A stretch of 64,000 nucleotides of DNA from an uncultured Desulfovibrio sp. (GTDB taxonomy: Bacteria; Desulfobacterota; Desulfovibrionia; Desulfovibrionales; Desulfovibrionaceae): positions 2,212 through 66,211 of the forward strand of contig CAZYJQ010000004.1 in NCBI GenBank assembly GCA_964647835.1. Direction: 5' to 3'. Below the pieces are notes generated by a model. The model was not told the origin of the DNA and made no database searches. It was given only the letters and a program-made list of their open reading frames with translations. A program made the translations under genes and the position numbers. Positions 8,638-19,095 of this stretch are shown piece after piece. Position 1 is the stretch's first letter; every line of letters starts with the position of its first letter.

Positions 8638-11217
8638 TTATTCAGCGCATTCCACAAGGGTTTTTTCAATGCCTTCACGCAAGTGCTCAGCAAACCAAGC
8701 GCTTGAGCTCTCGCCAGACAAGGTAGCGTCTACTTGACGGGTATGGACAACGATATGACCAAGGATATTCAGGAGGCGATAGGCTTGAGCCGCCGTCAGC
8801 TCCTCCGCCACGGCAGAAAGGGTATCTTCCCGCACATCAACAATAAACCCATAATCAGTCAAAGCCGAGGAGATGGCCTTTACCCGCAGTTTACGCCTTC
8901 CAAGGTTGGCGGCGCCGCCCTTGAAGTGGAAACTCACGAAGTTTTCCATGGCGTGCTCGCCCGCCTGACACTCCACTGTGCAAAAATGGTAGCCAAAACT
9001 CGCCTGCAAGTTACAGTAATCCCGGCTCACCAAAAAATAGTTCCGCATGAGTCTATTGGACTGGCTTGTTACTTCAAGCTCAGGGTTACAGGCGCTTTCA
9101 GCCACAACGGATAAAAAACCTCTGCCCGTTGAACCTGCAGGAACGAAGGGCACTGCTAACATCCCGTCCCACAAAGCCTGCATAGGGCGACAGCAAATAT
9201 CCGTCATATCAATATATTTCCCCTGCACCGGGGAACAAAAACCGTCTTCGATATCAACCACAAAGTACTGAAGAGCCGCGCCCTTATAGCGCAACTGCTT
9301 ACCACAGCGCTCGGCGAAGATAGAAGTGTCCATGCGGAACATTTCCTCAACGGCCTTTTCATGACAAAAACGAGTTATGTCATGGAAAGTTCTACACGCT
9401 TCAGGGGTAAAATTATCGGCTTCGGGGTCAACCAGGTTCAAAGGTACAATATAAGGCACAATCTGACCAAGGCGCTTGTGGATGGGCGAGCCCATGAACA
9501 AAGTCCTGGGTCGGACATGCTTGGGTAAATTCTTTAAAACGCCTTCGAACACACGGCAATTATTGGCGTCCAAGGTCACTTCCGTGCCCTCTTCAAGGCT
9601 GTCATACGCCCCTGTCGCGCCAAAAAGCGCCGGAATGCCGTATTCTCGCGAAACGCTGGCAAGGTGGCCCGCTTTACCGCCCACCTCCGCTACCATGCCC
9701 GCCACCTTGTTTAAAACAGGAGCCCAGCGAGAGTGCGCCTTTTCAACCACAATAATAGCGTTTTCTGGCAAATCAAGCATATCCTGGTCGTTACGCAACT
9801 TGCGCACAACCCCGGCCACAACACCGGGACTGGCACTCACTCCGCCTTCGGCCAATATTTTTTCTGGTCCCGTATAAGGAGGGATAGCGCTTTTACGCCC
9901 AACTTCAAGCAAGGGACGGCTTTGAAGAAGAATAAACTGCCCGTCTTCATTAAAGGCCCATTCAACGTCTTGGGGCTGTCCATAAAAAACCTCCATGCCC
10001 ATGGCAACGGCGGTAACTTCCAAGACCTCTTCGTCACTCAACGAAGACTGGGTTCCCTCTTCGTCAGAGAGCAATACTTCTAAGACACCCTCTCCCTTAC
10101 GGGATAAAATCTTCTTTTCCTTTTTAGCAATCTTGCGTTCTAAAATAGTATGCGGAACCTCACGACTGACATAAAAAACGTCGGCATCAGCCGAACCGTC
10201 CACAATACTCTTAGGCAAGCCAAAGACCGAGTTAATAACGACAGGGCCATTGGGTTCCAAGGGATCGCTGCTGTACGCCACACCACCCGCTTTGGCGTCA
10301 ATCATAGCCATAATCCCCACGCTCATGGGCATTTCGTCGTCGGGTATCCCTCTATTGAGGCGATAGGTCATGGCGGTGGCGCAATACTTACTGGCAATAA
10401 CACGTTTATAGGCTTCGATAACATGCGTGGGCGGGACGTTCAGTTCAGACTTAAACTGCCCGGCAAAGGAACTGCCGTGGGCGTCTTCGCCAATGGCGCT
10501 ACTGCGCACGGCAAAGCGAGCGTGCTCGGGCAAACCGAGGTCTTTAACGCCCTTTTCAACGGCTTCGGCAAGCTCCGGGGGCATTTCAGCTTCAAAGATA
10601 AGCTTTTGAATGGATTCGCTCACGCTAAATACGTTATCGAGCACGGTAAAATCCGCGATTTGCATACGCCGCCCAATCTCTTCCATAAGATTGTTGTGCG
10701 CGAGAAACACGTTAAACCCATGGGCGGTAACCACCACCCCCTGGGGTGTGGCTTGGCCCAACTGCTTGGCGGCCTCGCCAAGGCTCGCCATTTTCCCCCC
10801 CACCTCGTACATGCGGGAATAGTTGGCTTGCTCCAAGGGAATAACAAGGTCTGAGCCCGTGTCGCGCATGCGCGGCGCCAAAAGAGCCGCCAAAGGTTCT
10901 TGAATTTCCTGAACCTTGTGGTTCAAAACCTCATAAGAATCTTCGGTGAGGCTGTTTAAGTGGCGCACCATATTCATGACGCTCGCCACGAGGGTGAGGC
11001 ACTGGCTACGCACATAGCTCATGTTAAAAAAGGTCTCGCCACGCATGGCGTCTTCAAGGTTCGCCATGGCCACAAGCGCCTTTTTATTCGCGCTCAATAA
11101 AGAGCGAAAATGGCGGCATCTGGCTTGAAACGCTTTGCGTATAACTTCTTCGTGCTCTTGTTGACGGAGTTTTTTGGTTCCGTTTATTCTTTCTAAAATA
11201 CCCTTAAAAAAATTCAT
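8638..11217 (-). CDS. PEP-synthase/PPDK-like protein: ATP-grasp domain, phospho-His swivel domain, unknown C-terminal domain
   Basis: [36 protein letters not shown]; His domain [18 protein letters not shown]; no pyruvate-binding barrel motifs; start 11217 or 11256. Confidence 0.85.
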   Translation of the reverse strand: MNFFKGILERINGTKKLRQQEHEEVIRKAFQARCRHFRSLLSANKKALVAMANLEDAMRGETFFNMSYVRSQCLTLVASVMNMVRHLNSLTEDSYEVLNHKVQEIQEPLAALLAPRMRDTGSDLVIPLEQANYSRMYEVGGKMASLGEAAKQLGQATPQGVVVTAHGFNVFLAHNNLMEEIGRRMQIADFTVLDNVFSVSESIQKLIFEAEMPPELAEAVEKGVKDLGLPEHARFAVRSSAIGEDAHGSSFAGQFKSELNVPPTHVIEAYKRVIASKYCATAMTYRLNRGIPDDEMPMSVGIMAMIDAKAGGVAYSSDPLEPNGPVVINSVFGLPKSIVDGSADADVFYVSREVPHTILERKIAKKEKKILSRKGEGVLEVLLSDEEGTQSSLSDEEVLEVTAVAMGMEVFYGQPQDVEWAFNEDGQFILLQSRPLLEVGRKSAIPPYTGPEKILAEGGVSASPGVVAGVVRKLRNDQDMLDLPENAIIVVEKAHSRWAPVLNKVAGMVAEVGGKAGHLASVSREYGIPALFGATGAYDSLEEGTEVTLDANNCRVFEGVLKNLPKHVRPRTLFMGSPIHKRLGQIVPYIVPLNLVDPEADNFTPEACRTFHDITRFCHEKAVEEMFRMDTSIFAERCGKQLRYKGAALQYFVVDIEDGFCSPVQGKYIDMTDICCRPMQALWDGMLAVPFVPAGSTGRGFLSVVAESACNPELEVTSQSNRLMRNYFLVSRDYCNLQASFGYHFCTVECQAGEHAMENFVSFHFKGGAANLGRRKLRVKAISSALTDYGFIVDVREDTLSAVAEELTAAQAYRLLNILGHIVVHTRQVDATLSGESSSAWFAEHLREGIEKTLVECAE

Positions 11218-11236
11218 CGTATTACTACCATGCCGG

Positions 11237-11599
11237 CTAGATGTTTTTTTCGACAAGACTCCTTAAGCTACCGATGAGATCGTTGATGCTCACCGGCTTC
11301 AAAAGATAGTCCGCCGCCCCCCGCTCTATGCACGACATGGCTGTTTGGGTGTCTGCGTGTCCCGACAACACCAAAACCGGCAAATCTTCAACCACCCGGC
11401 GCAAGGCCTCAAGGGTGGCAAGCCCGTCCATACCCGGCATTTTCACGTCTACTACAGCAACGTCCACTTCTTCTTTCTCTATCAGCTCCAGACCCTTCTC
11501 GCCCGAATCGGCGCATATGACTGAAAAACCCCGTTTTTCCAAACGGTTTTTCATAAGCTCCAAAAAGTCCGTTTCATCATCTATAAGTAATATACGCAT
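11237..11599 (-). CDS. Stand-alone response regulator receiver
   Basis: LIDDE acidic pair, phosphoacceptor VVDVKMP, LSG, LLKP; 120 aa with no output domain. Confidence 0.93.
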   Translation of the reverse strand: MRILLIDDETDFLELMKNRLEKRGFSVICADSGEKGLELIEKEEVDVAVVDVKMPGMDGLATLEALRRVVEDLPVLVLSGHADTQTAMSCIERGAADYLLKPVSINDLIGSLRSLVEKNI

Positions 11600-11940
11600 T
11601 GGTTTTCTCCAGCTATATTATGTACTTAATAAGGAAAGTGGCGTATATGAGACAAGGCGCCCTAGCGTCCCTTGCCCCTTCGCCCCTACCTGCTCCTTTA
11701 CACCGCACAATACTCTATATCCATTTGAACTGCAACACATTCACAAGTTTTCTAAGCCCTTAGCCAACGAAAAAAAGCAAGTCTTTACCCTTCTCGCCCT
11801 TGCCCTTTCACGATACAGGCATTACTATAATTATTCACACGATTCCCCATGAAACGCTTTTAATCTGCTTCTTTTTATATTATACGAAGTGGTTCTCGTG
11901 CTACTTAAATATGGGCACTGACGAAAAGGAGACCCTGTTC

Positions 11941-12543
11941 ATGCCGATACCTATGGTTATTGAAACTACCGGCCGCTCTGAAAGAGCCTACGATATATAT
12001 TCCCGTCTGCTTAAAGACCGCATTATTCTGCTGAGCGAAGAAGTCAACGACCGCATGGCCTCGCTTATTTGCGCCCAGCTTCTTTTTCTGGAGTCTGAAA
12101 ACCCTGAAAAGGAAATTTATCTCTATATTAACTCGCCCGGCGGTGTGGTGACGGCAGGCCTCGCCATATATGACACCATGCAATACATTACCTGCCCCGT
12201 AGCAACCTTGTGCATGGGCCAGGCGGCGAGCATGGGAGCTCTCCTGCTCACAGCCGGAACAGCCGGCATGCGCTATGCCCTGCCCAACAGCCGCATCATG
12301 ATTCACCAGCCAAGCGGCGGTTTTAGGGGACAGGCGACCGATATTGAAATTCACGCCAATGAGGTCTTGCGCCTCAAAGCCATGCTGAACGGCATTATGG
12401 CAAAACACAGCGGTCAAAAAGTTTCTAAGATTGAAAAACTGACCGAGCGGGATACCTTCATGGGGCCTGAAGATGCTTGTAAGCTGGGCCTCATCGATAA
12501 AATGCTTGTATCGCGCGACGACCTCACCGTGGGGAAAGAATAA
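11941..12543 (+). CDS. clpP: ATP-dependent Clp protease proteolytic subunit
   Basis: [27 protein letters not shown] (Ser), MIHQP (His). Confidence 0.98.
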   Translation: MPIPMVIETTGRSERAYDIYSRLLKDRIILLSEEVNDRMASLICAQLLFLESENPEKEIYLYINSPGGVVTAGLAIYDTMQYITCPVATLCMGQAASMGALLLTAGTAGMRYALPNSRIMIHQPSGGFRGQATDIEIHANEVLRLKAMLNGIMAKHSGQKVSKIEKLTERDTFMGPEDACKLGLIDKMLVSRDDLTVGKE

Positions 12544-12761
12544 CTTAACGCAATGAAGAGGCGACCTCGCCCTCAAAGACGACCTGATAACGCGAAGCCC
12601 GCAAGGTCTTTGCCAGGGTGAATATCTTTGTCGGCACGTGCGCACGGTTTTATTTACGATACCATCTGCTAGTTTGAGTGTCCCTTCACCTGAGCCATCG
12701 CCCCTTATACTATTTTTGATGTACAAGGGCATGCAAGGGCACTTCGGGAGAAACCATAATC

Positions 12762-14042
12762 ATGACTACCACCAATGAAGAGTTACGTTGCTCTTTTTGC
12801 AATAAACCTGAGACAGAAATTGTTCGCCTCATAGAAGGGCCGAATGATATCTTTATTTGTAACGAGTGCGTTGACCTTTGTAACTCCATCCTCACGGATC
12901 AAACCGTTACCGAAGTTCACGAAAGCGGAAAACTCCTTTCGCCCGCTGAAATTAAAAGCAAACTCGATGAATTTGTCATCGGGCAGGAAATGGCGAAAAA
13001 AATTCTCGCCGTGGCTGTTCACAACCACTACAAGCGGGTCTTTTTTAAAGACTGCATCAACCCTGATGTCGTCCTTGAAAAAAGCAATATTCTGCTCATG
13101 GGCCCTTCGGGTAGCGGGAAGACACTGCTGGCGAAAACCCTCGCCAAAGTCCTTAATGTTCCCTTTGCCATAGCCGACGCCACCACCCTTACGGAGGCTG
13201 GCTATGTTGGCGAGGACGTTGAAAATATTTTGGTTCAGCTCGTACAAAACGCCGAATTCGACCTTGAAGCGGCTTCTTGCGGAATTATCTACATCGACGA
13301 AATTGATAAAATAGCCCGCAAAACGGACGGCCCCTCCATTACCCGCGACGTTTCGGGCGAAGGCGTGCAACAAGCTCTTTTAAAAATTATCGAAGGCACC
13401 GAAGCGAATATTCCCCCCAAGGGCGGGCGTAAACACCCCCAGCAGGAATATCTGCGTCTGGATACTTCCAACATTCTTTTCATTCTCGGCGGCGCCTTTG
13501 TGGGCCTTGATAAAATCGTTGAACAACGCTCCCGAGGTCGTTCCATGGGCTTTGGCGCCCGCATTAAAAAAGAGACCGAAGTGGAAAAAGTGGAAAACAT
13601 GTCCCTTATGAACAAAATCGCCCCGGCGGATTTGATTAAATTTGGGCTTATCCCTGAATTCATAGGCCGTATCCCAGTTTTCACCCAGTTGCTCGAGCTT
13701 ACCGAAGACGATTTGGTACGCATTCTCACGGAACCGAAAAACGCCCTTGTACGGCAATACCAAGCCCTTTTCGAACTGGATTCTGTCAACCTTCGCTTCA
13801 CGAAAGAAGCCCTCACCGCTGTGGCTCAAAAAGCCATTGAACAAAAAACAGGGGCCAGAGGTCTGCGCAACGTGCTCGAAATGGCTATGCTCGACATTAT
13901 GTATTCACTCCCCGAGCATAAAGATGTAACAGAGTGCATCATCGAGGCCTCGGTCATTACCGACAACGAACCGCCTGTATTCCTACAATCATCGCAACCA
14001 GCCCAAAAGCAGGCTCCCAAAGCCCGAGCCCAAAACGCTTAA
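12762..14042 (+). CDS. clpX: Clp protease ATP-binding subunit
   Basis: C4 zinc finger CSFC...CNECVDLC, Walker [31 protein letters not shown] loop. Confidence 0.98.
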   Translation: MTTTNEELRCSFCNKPETEIVRLIEGPNDIFICNECVDLCNSILTDQTVTEVHESGKLLSPAEIKSKLDEFVIGQEMAKKILAVAVHNHYKRVFFKDCINPDVVLEKSNILLMGPSGSGKTLLAKTLAKVLNVPFAIADATTLTEAGYVGEDVENILVQLVQNAEFDLEAASCGIIYIDEIDKIARKTDGPSITRDVSGEGVQQALLKIIEGTEANIPPKGGRKHPQQEYLRLDTSNILFILGGAFVGLDKIVEQRSRGRSMGFGARIKKETEVEKVENMSLMNKIAPADLIKFGLIPEFIGRIPVFTQLLELTEDDLVRILTEPKNALVRQYQALFELDSVNLRFTKEALTAVAQKAIEQKTGARGLRNVLEMAMLDIMYSLPEHKDVTECIIEASVITDNEPPVFLQSSQPAQKQAPKARAQNA

Positions 14043-14108
14043 GTATGCCCTGAGTTCCGAGCCGTGTGCCCTTTGGCGCGCGGCCCGCCTCACCTTCAAC
14101 GGGCCCGT

Positions 14109-14240
14109 AATCACTGGTGCAATCACCTGTTATAATCATCTGTTGTACTCATCTGGCGCATAGTCTGTTCCCACCATCCCCTTCACCCTATGCCACCACC
14201 AAGTAATGAGACACCAGACGACAATACACCTGACGACAAC
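14109..14240. repeat. Degenerate 12-13 nt array x5 plus a 15-nt direct pair
   Basis: aatcactggtgc/aatcacctgttat/aatcatctgttgt/actcatctggcgc/atagtctgttccc; acaccagacgacaat/acacctgacgacaac. Confidence 0.65.
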
Positions 14241-14270
14241 AATCTTACTGCCCCAGGCAGGAGAAGTTTT

Positions 14271-16703
14271 ATGACCAAAGTATCCCAACAACTGCCCCTC
14301 ATGCCCTTGCGCGAGGTGGTCATGTTCCCCAACTCCATTGTTCCGCTTTTTGTCGGACGGGATGCCTCCATCACCGCTATCAATACCGCTTTGGAAAATT
14401 ACGACCGCAAGGTTTTTCTTGTGGCCCAAAAAGACCCGGATGAAGCACACCCCGGCACCGACGGGCTCTATACTGTCGGCACCATTTGCAAGGTTCTTCA
14501 AGTACTCCGCCTTCCCGATGATACCGTTAAGGTGCTTTTTGAAGGGGGTCAGCGCGCCGAGTGGAGCGATATTAGTGAGAGCGTTACCGAAGAAGGTGCC
14601 CCATTTCAACTGGCGAGCATTACGCCCCTGCTGGACAAAGAAGTGGTGACTGATGAAACCATAGCCACCTTGAGAGCCTGCGCCGAGTCCCTTGAGTCCT
14701 ACAGCAAAATCAATAAAAAACTTACCAGTGATATTATTCAAACCATTGTCAGCAACAAAGGGACAGGAGAATTTGCCGACGCCATATTCCCTCACCTCAA
14801 CATCTCTTTTGACAAAAAACAATCCGCTCTGGAAGAGCTCGACACGGGCAAGCGCCTTGAAAAGGCTTTTAATTTCCTTGAAACAGAACTTGCCATCGCC
14901 GACATTGAGAAAAGCATTAAAACGCGCGTCAAAGACCAAATGGAGCGTAACCAGCGCGAATACTATTTAAACGAGCAAATCAAGGCCATTCACAAAGAAA
15001 TGGGCCGTGAAGACGACCCCGCCGTTGAGCTTGACGAGCTGGAAAAACTCCTTGTTGAAAAAGATATGCCCGAAGAAGCCCGCGAACGAGGCTTAAAAGA
15101 AATTAAAAAACTACGCCAAACGCCATCCTCGTCGGCTGAATATACTGTTGTACGCAACTATATCGACTGGATTATCGACCTGCCCTGGAACAAGGTTAAA
15201 GAAACAAGCATCGACCTTGATAACGCGCGGCACATCTTAGATAACGACCACTACGGGCTAGACAAGCCCAAACAGCGTATATTGGAATATTTGGCAGTCC
15301 AAAAACTCACCAATAGCCTGCGCGGTCCCATCCTTTGTCTGGTCGGCCCTCCGGGGGTTGGTAAAACCTCCCTCGCCCGCTCCATCGCCAATGCCACGGG
15401 TCGCGACTATATTCGTCTTTCCCTAGGCGGCGTGCGTGACGAGGCCGAAATTCGCGGTCACCGCCGCACCTATGTGGGCGCCTTGCCCGGCAAGATTATC
15501 CAGTCCCTCAAAAGGGTGAAGCACAATAACCCCCTTTTCTGTCTGGATGAAATTGATAAAATGAGCACGGACTTTAGAGGCGACCCCTCTTCTGCCCTTT
15601 TGGAAGTTCTCGATCCTGAGCAAAACAATACTTTTGGAGACCATTACCTCGACCTTGATTATGATTTGTCTAAAATTTTCTTTATCACAACGGCTAACTC
15701 CCTCCACTCCATCCCGGGTCCCCTTCAGGACAGAATGGAAATTATCCAACTCCCCGGATATCTGGAAACAGAGAAGAAACAAATCGCTCGCAAGCATCTT
15801 CTTCCCAAGCAGATTGAAATGCACGGGCTTTACCCTGAAAACATTCGCGTTTCCGACACCGTTATCACTGACATCATTCAGGGATATACACGAGAAGCAG
15901 GAGTAAGGGATTTAGAGCGTCAGCTGGCGGCAGTCTGCCGTAAAACAGCGGTAAAGCTGGTGAGCGGCAAAGATAAACACAAACGTTTTTCTGCCACCCG
16001 TCAAAACCTTGAAAGCTACCTTGGCATTCCTAAGTTTCGCCACGGCGAAATCGAACAAAAGTCCTATGTGGGCGTTTGTACAGGCCTTGCCTATACCCAG
16101 GTTGGCGGCGAGTTGCTCATGGTTGAAACCGCCCTCATGCACGGTAGCGGCGCGGTGAAAACAACGGGAAAGCTGGGTGAGGTTATGACCGAATCCGCCC
16201 AAGCGGCTCTTTCCTATATTCGCTCTCGCTCAGACCTCTTTGGTCTCAAGCCTGATTTTTATAAGGAAATAGACATCCACATTCACGTTCCCGAAGGCGC
16301 CACCCCCAAAGACGGCCCTTCCGCCGGGATCACCTTGGCAACCTCCCTTGTCTCGGCTCTCCTTGGCTTCCCCATCCACAACGATGTCGCCATGACAGGG
16401 GAAATCACCCTGCGCGGGCGGGTTTTACCCATTGGCGGCTTACGCGAAAAGCTTCTCGCTGCCAACCGCGGTCTCATTAAAACCGTTATCGTTCCAAAAG
16501 ATAACGAAAAAGATGTTCGTGAAACCCCCGAAGCCGTCAAAAAAGGACTTCGCATTGTCTTTGTGGAGCATGTGGACGAAGTGCTTCCCATCGCCATTGA
16601 GGCGAGCCTCGATGACCTCTTTCCGGGCAGGGAAAAATTCGTTCCCATTGTCAAATCCTTGAAACTCAAAGACGAGGCAACGGACTCCCACGCTACCCAG
16701 TAA
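14271..16703 (+). CDS. lon: ATP-dependent protease La
   Basis: ATG 14271 after AGGAGA; LPLMPLREVVMFP, GPPGVGKT, KDGPSAG (Ser), GGLREK (Lys). Confidence 0.98.
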   Translation: MTKVSQQLPLMPLREVVMFPNSIVPLFVGRDASITAINTALENYDRKVFLVAQKDPDEAHPGTDGLYTVGTICKVLQVLRLPDDTVKVLFEGGQRAEWSDISESVTEEGAPFQLASITPLLDKEVVTDETIATLRACAESLESYSKINKKLTSDIIQTIVSNKGTGEFADAIFPHLNISFDKKQSALEELDTGKRLEKAFNFLETELAIADIEKSIKTRVKDQMERNQREYYLNEQIKAIHKEMGREDDPAVELDELEKLLVEKDMPEEARERGLKEIKKLRQTPSSSAEYTVVRNYIDWIIDLPWNKVKETSIDLDNARHILDNDHYGLDKPKQRILEYLAVQKLTNSLRGPILCLVGPPGVGKTSLARSIANATGRDYIRLSLGGVRDEAEIRGHRRTYVGALPGKIIQSLKRVKHNNPLFCLDEIDKMSTDFRGDPSSALLEVLDPEQNNTFGDHYLDLDYDLSKIFFITTANSLHSIPGPLQDRMEIIQLPGYLETEKKQIARKHLLPKQIEMHGLYPENIRVSDTVITDIIQGYTREAGVRDLERQLAAVCRKTAVKLVSGKDKHKRFSATRQNLESYLGIPKFRHGEIEQKSYVGVCTGLAYTQVGGELLMVETALMHGSGAVKTTGKLGEVMTESAQAALSYIRSRSDLFGLKPDFYKEIDIHIHVPEGATPKDGPSAGITLATSLVSALLGFPIHNDVAMTGEITLRGRVLPIGGLREKLLAANRGLIKTVIVPKDNEKDVRETPEAVKKGLRIVFVEHVDEVLPIAIEASLDDLFPGREKFVPIVKSLKLKDEATDSHATQ

Positions 16704-16733
16704 ATTTGTCATCATTGTACAGTACAAAATCCA

Positions 16734-16762
16734 AGGGCCGTTCTTTTCATAAGAACGGCCCT
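16734..16762. terminator. Hairpin after lon, between convergent lon and radA
   Basis: AGGGCCGTTCTT-ttcat-AAGAACGGCCCT, perfect 12 bp. Confidence 0.7.
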
Positions 16763-16922
16763 GCTTGTTGTTGAGAAACTCTTTTTTTGAGGAAAAGCGC
16801 CACCTTTACTAACTACCTCTCCGCCAAGGGGCATCTCTCCTTGGAATCCCTTGAAGGGTGTAACCGACCCGACGCGCAAAATCCTTCAAAACCATACTAT
16901 CCACAAACTATCTCATCTCGCT

Positions 16923-18260
16923 CTACTTTCTAAACAGCACCTTTTGAATCTCGCCTAGGGTGGAATACCCCGTATCCCCGTCATGGGGGAAGATAATGGG
17001 TTTATATCCTAGACGTTTAGCTTGGGTCGCTCGAATGGCATGCCCTGCCACAGGCCGGATTTGTCCATTTAAATCGACCTCACCCCAGAAAACCGCCCTT
17101 TCTGGTAAAGGTAGGTCATAAAACGAAGAAAGCACAGCCGCCACAAGTGCTAAGTCCATACCCGGCTCTTGCAAGCGCATGCCTCCACCGACCTTAGCGT
17201 AAATATCCACTTGGGCGAAGGATAGCTTGAGCCGTTTTTCTAAGACCGCCAACAAGAGGTGTAACCTGTTCACGTCAAAGCCAAGACCTGTGCGCCGTGG
17301 AATGGCAAGGTAGCTTTTGGTAACCAAAGCCTGCACTTCAACTGCCAGTGGGCGTTGTCCATCAAGGGCCATGACCACGGCAGTACCTGAAAGGCTGGGG
17401 TCGCGGGCTCCAAGAAAATAGGTGGAAGGATCTTCAACCAGCTCTAGCCCTTCTGTCACCATTTGGAAAATAAGCAGTTCCTGGTTAGGCCCAAATCTAT
17501 TTTTTAATACACGCAACAGCCGAAAAGCCTGTTGTCTGTCTCCTTCCAAAGCGATAACCGCGTCAACCATATGCTCTAAAAGACGCGGCCCAGCCAAAGT
17601 ACCGTCCTTGGTTACATGCCCCACCAAGATAAGAGTGCAGTTTTTGGCTTTACACTGCTCCACCAACTCGGTGGCCACAGCTCGCACTTGACTCACGTTG
17701 CCGGGCAAGCCCTCGGCTTGGGAGGAGGTGAGCGTCTGGACCGAGTCAATGACAATAAGTTCAGGCGGCTCGGGGCCTTCGAGCAGGGCAAGGACATCGT
17801 CGGACTGTGAGGTGGCGATAGCATAGAGGGTGTCATGCAAAACATCCAACCTCTCGGCGCGAGATTTAATTTGGGAGAGTGATTCCTCACCAGAAACATA
17901 GAGGGTTCTTTTTCCGGTTTTCGCAACGGAACCAGCCACTTGGAGAAGCAAGGTAGATTTTCCGATGCCGGGTTCACCCCCCACCAAAATAGCGGCGCCG
18001 GGCACAAGCCCTTTGCCAAGCACACGGTCTAAGGCCTCAAGCCCTGTGCTAAATACCGCTGTGGCCATGCTATCGGCCTCGGCAAGGGGGACGGCGGCAA
18101 CGGCAAGACTTTGAACCCGCTGTTGTTTTTGGGCGGCGGTTTTTGAAACCGTCATAGCCTCAAGGGTATTCCATTCCTTACACGATGGGCACTGCCCCCG
18201 CCATTGGTGAGAGCGGTTACCGCAGGAAGAACAAACATATATTTCTCGTACTTTAGCCAT
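16923..18260 (-). CDS. radA: DNA repair protein RadA/Sms
   Basis: CSSCG...CPSC zinc finger, GEPGIGKS, KNRFG motif, Lon-like C-terminus. Confidence 0.97.
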   Translation of the reverse strand: MAKVREIYVCSSCGNRSHQWRGQCPSCKEWNTLEAMTVSKTAAQKQQRVQSLAVAAVPLAEADSMATAVFSTGLEALDRVLGKGLVPGAAILVGGEPGIGKSTLLLQVAGSVAKTGKRTLYVSGEESLSQIKSRAERLDVLHDTLYAIATSQSDDVLALLEGPEPPELIVIDSVQTLTSSQAEGLPGNVSQVRAVATELVEQCKAKNCTLILVGHVTKDGTLAGPRLLEHMVDAVIALEGDRQQAFRLLRVLKNRFGPNQELLIFQMVTEGLELVEDPSTYFLGARDPSLSGTAVVMALDGQRPLAVEVQALVTKSYLAIPRRTGLGFDVNRLHLLLAVLEKRLKLSFAQVDIYAKVGGGMRLQEPGMDLALVAAVLSSFYDLPLPERAVFWGEVDLNGQIRPVAGHAIRATQAKRLGYKPIIFPHDGDTGYSTLGEIQKVLFRK

Positions 18261-18859
18261 ACTTTCCCTTTTCAAACCATGCGAAACACCGCCTCACAGA
18301 CGTGCATTCCAGCGACTACTTTGCTTACACAATTTCTTCTGTGCGGATATTTTATATGAATCGAGATAAAAGCACCAGCTTTCCCCAAAATCCAAGATGT
18401 CCTTGGAAAGCACCCGTTCAGAAATAGCACAGCCCTCATTTCAAGACCAGCTGAGGAAAGCTACCGACAACAAAGCACAGAATTCACCCACCACCAACCA
18501 CCCACAGCACTCGCTTAACAACAAAAAATTGCGCTCGTGATTTAACTCGTGGTGTGGAGCGTATTACCGCAAACCAGTCAAACATATACCATTGGAACAG
18601 GTCATTAAGGTGTACAAAGGACGCAAACAGCCTCAATAACGAAAATTCGCCTTATGACGCAGATTAGACAGAAGGATGATTATTGACGCCAGTTGGGGGT
18701 ATTTATGAGCCCGAGCGCCATAAGTCACCCTAACTCCTGGCTTAAAATTCTAGAGATAGGTACTCGGCGGCAAAACAGTTTATGGGACTGCTCGGGAGCA
18801 ATATAAAGACCGGAATGAGACCCTACCCCACTTGCTATGGACTCATCGGACAAAGCGAG

Positions 18860-19095
18860 ATGGTTGGGTTGGGTTGGCTTGGTGTGAATGCTCAAGTTGG
18901 TCGGGGTCGACAGATTGAACGGATTGGCTGGATTGGTGAGATTGGCGGGATGATTCGATTGGCCAGCTTAATCGGGTCCGTAGGGCTGGTTGGGCTGAAC
19001 AGGCCAGTCAGGATGACGGATTAATCGGCCTTAACGGGTTGCGGTGACTGAGCGGGTTGAGCGGATTGGGCAGGTTGAACGGGTTTGGCTGGCTC
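18860..19095. repeat. Degenerate 9-nt array spanning the stop codon of the zinc-ribbon gene
   Basis: agattgaac/ggattggct/ggattggtg/agattggcg outside the gene; gggttgagc/ggattgggc/aggttgaac inside it. Confidence 0.6.

Noticed and set aside
11800-11940. Long upstream extensions from the ORF track (clpP, lon, cytochrome c, rpiB, proB, lysS)
   Set aside because: Better starts with RBS and family-typical N-termini lie downstream
11905-12732. 275-aa antisense ORF over clpP, and the many other shadow ORFs inside real genes
   Set aside because: Fully overlap well-supported genes, have no motifs, and are explained by codon bias
18782-19024. Gly-X-X ORF suggesting a collagen-like peptide
   Set aside because: Periodicity comes from the 9-nt DNA array, overlaps the zinc-ribbon stop, and is too irregular
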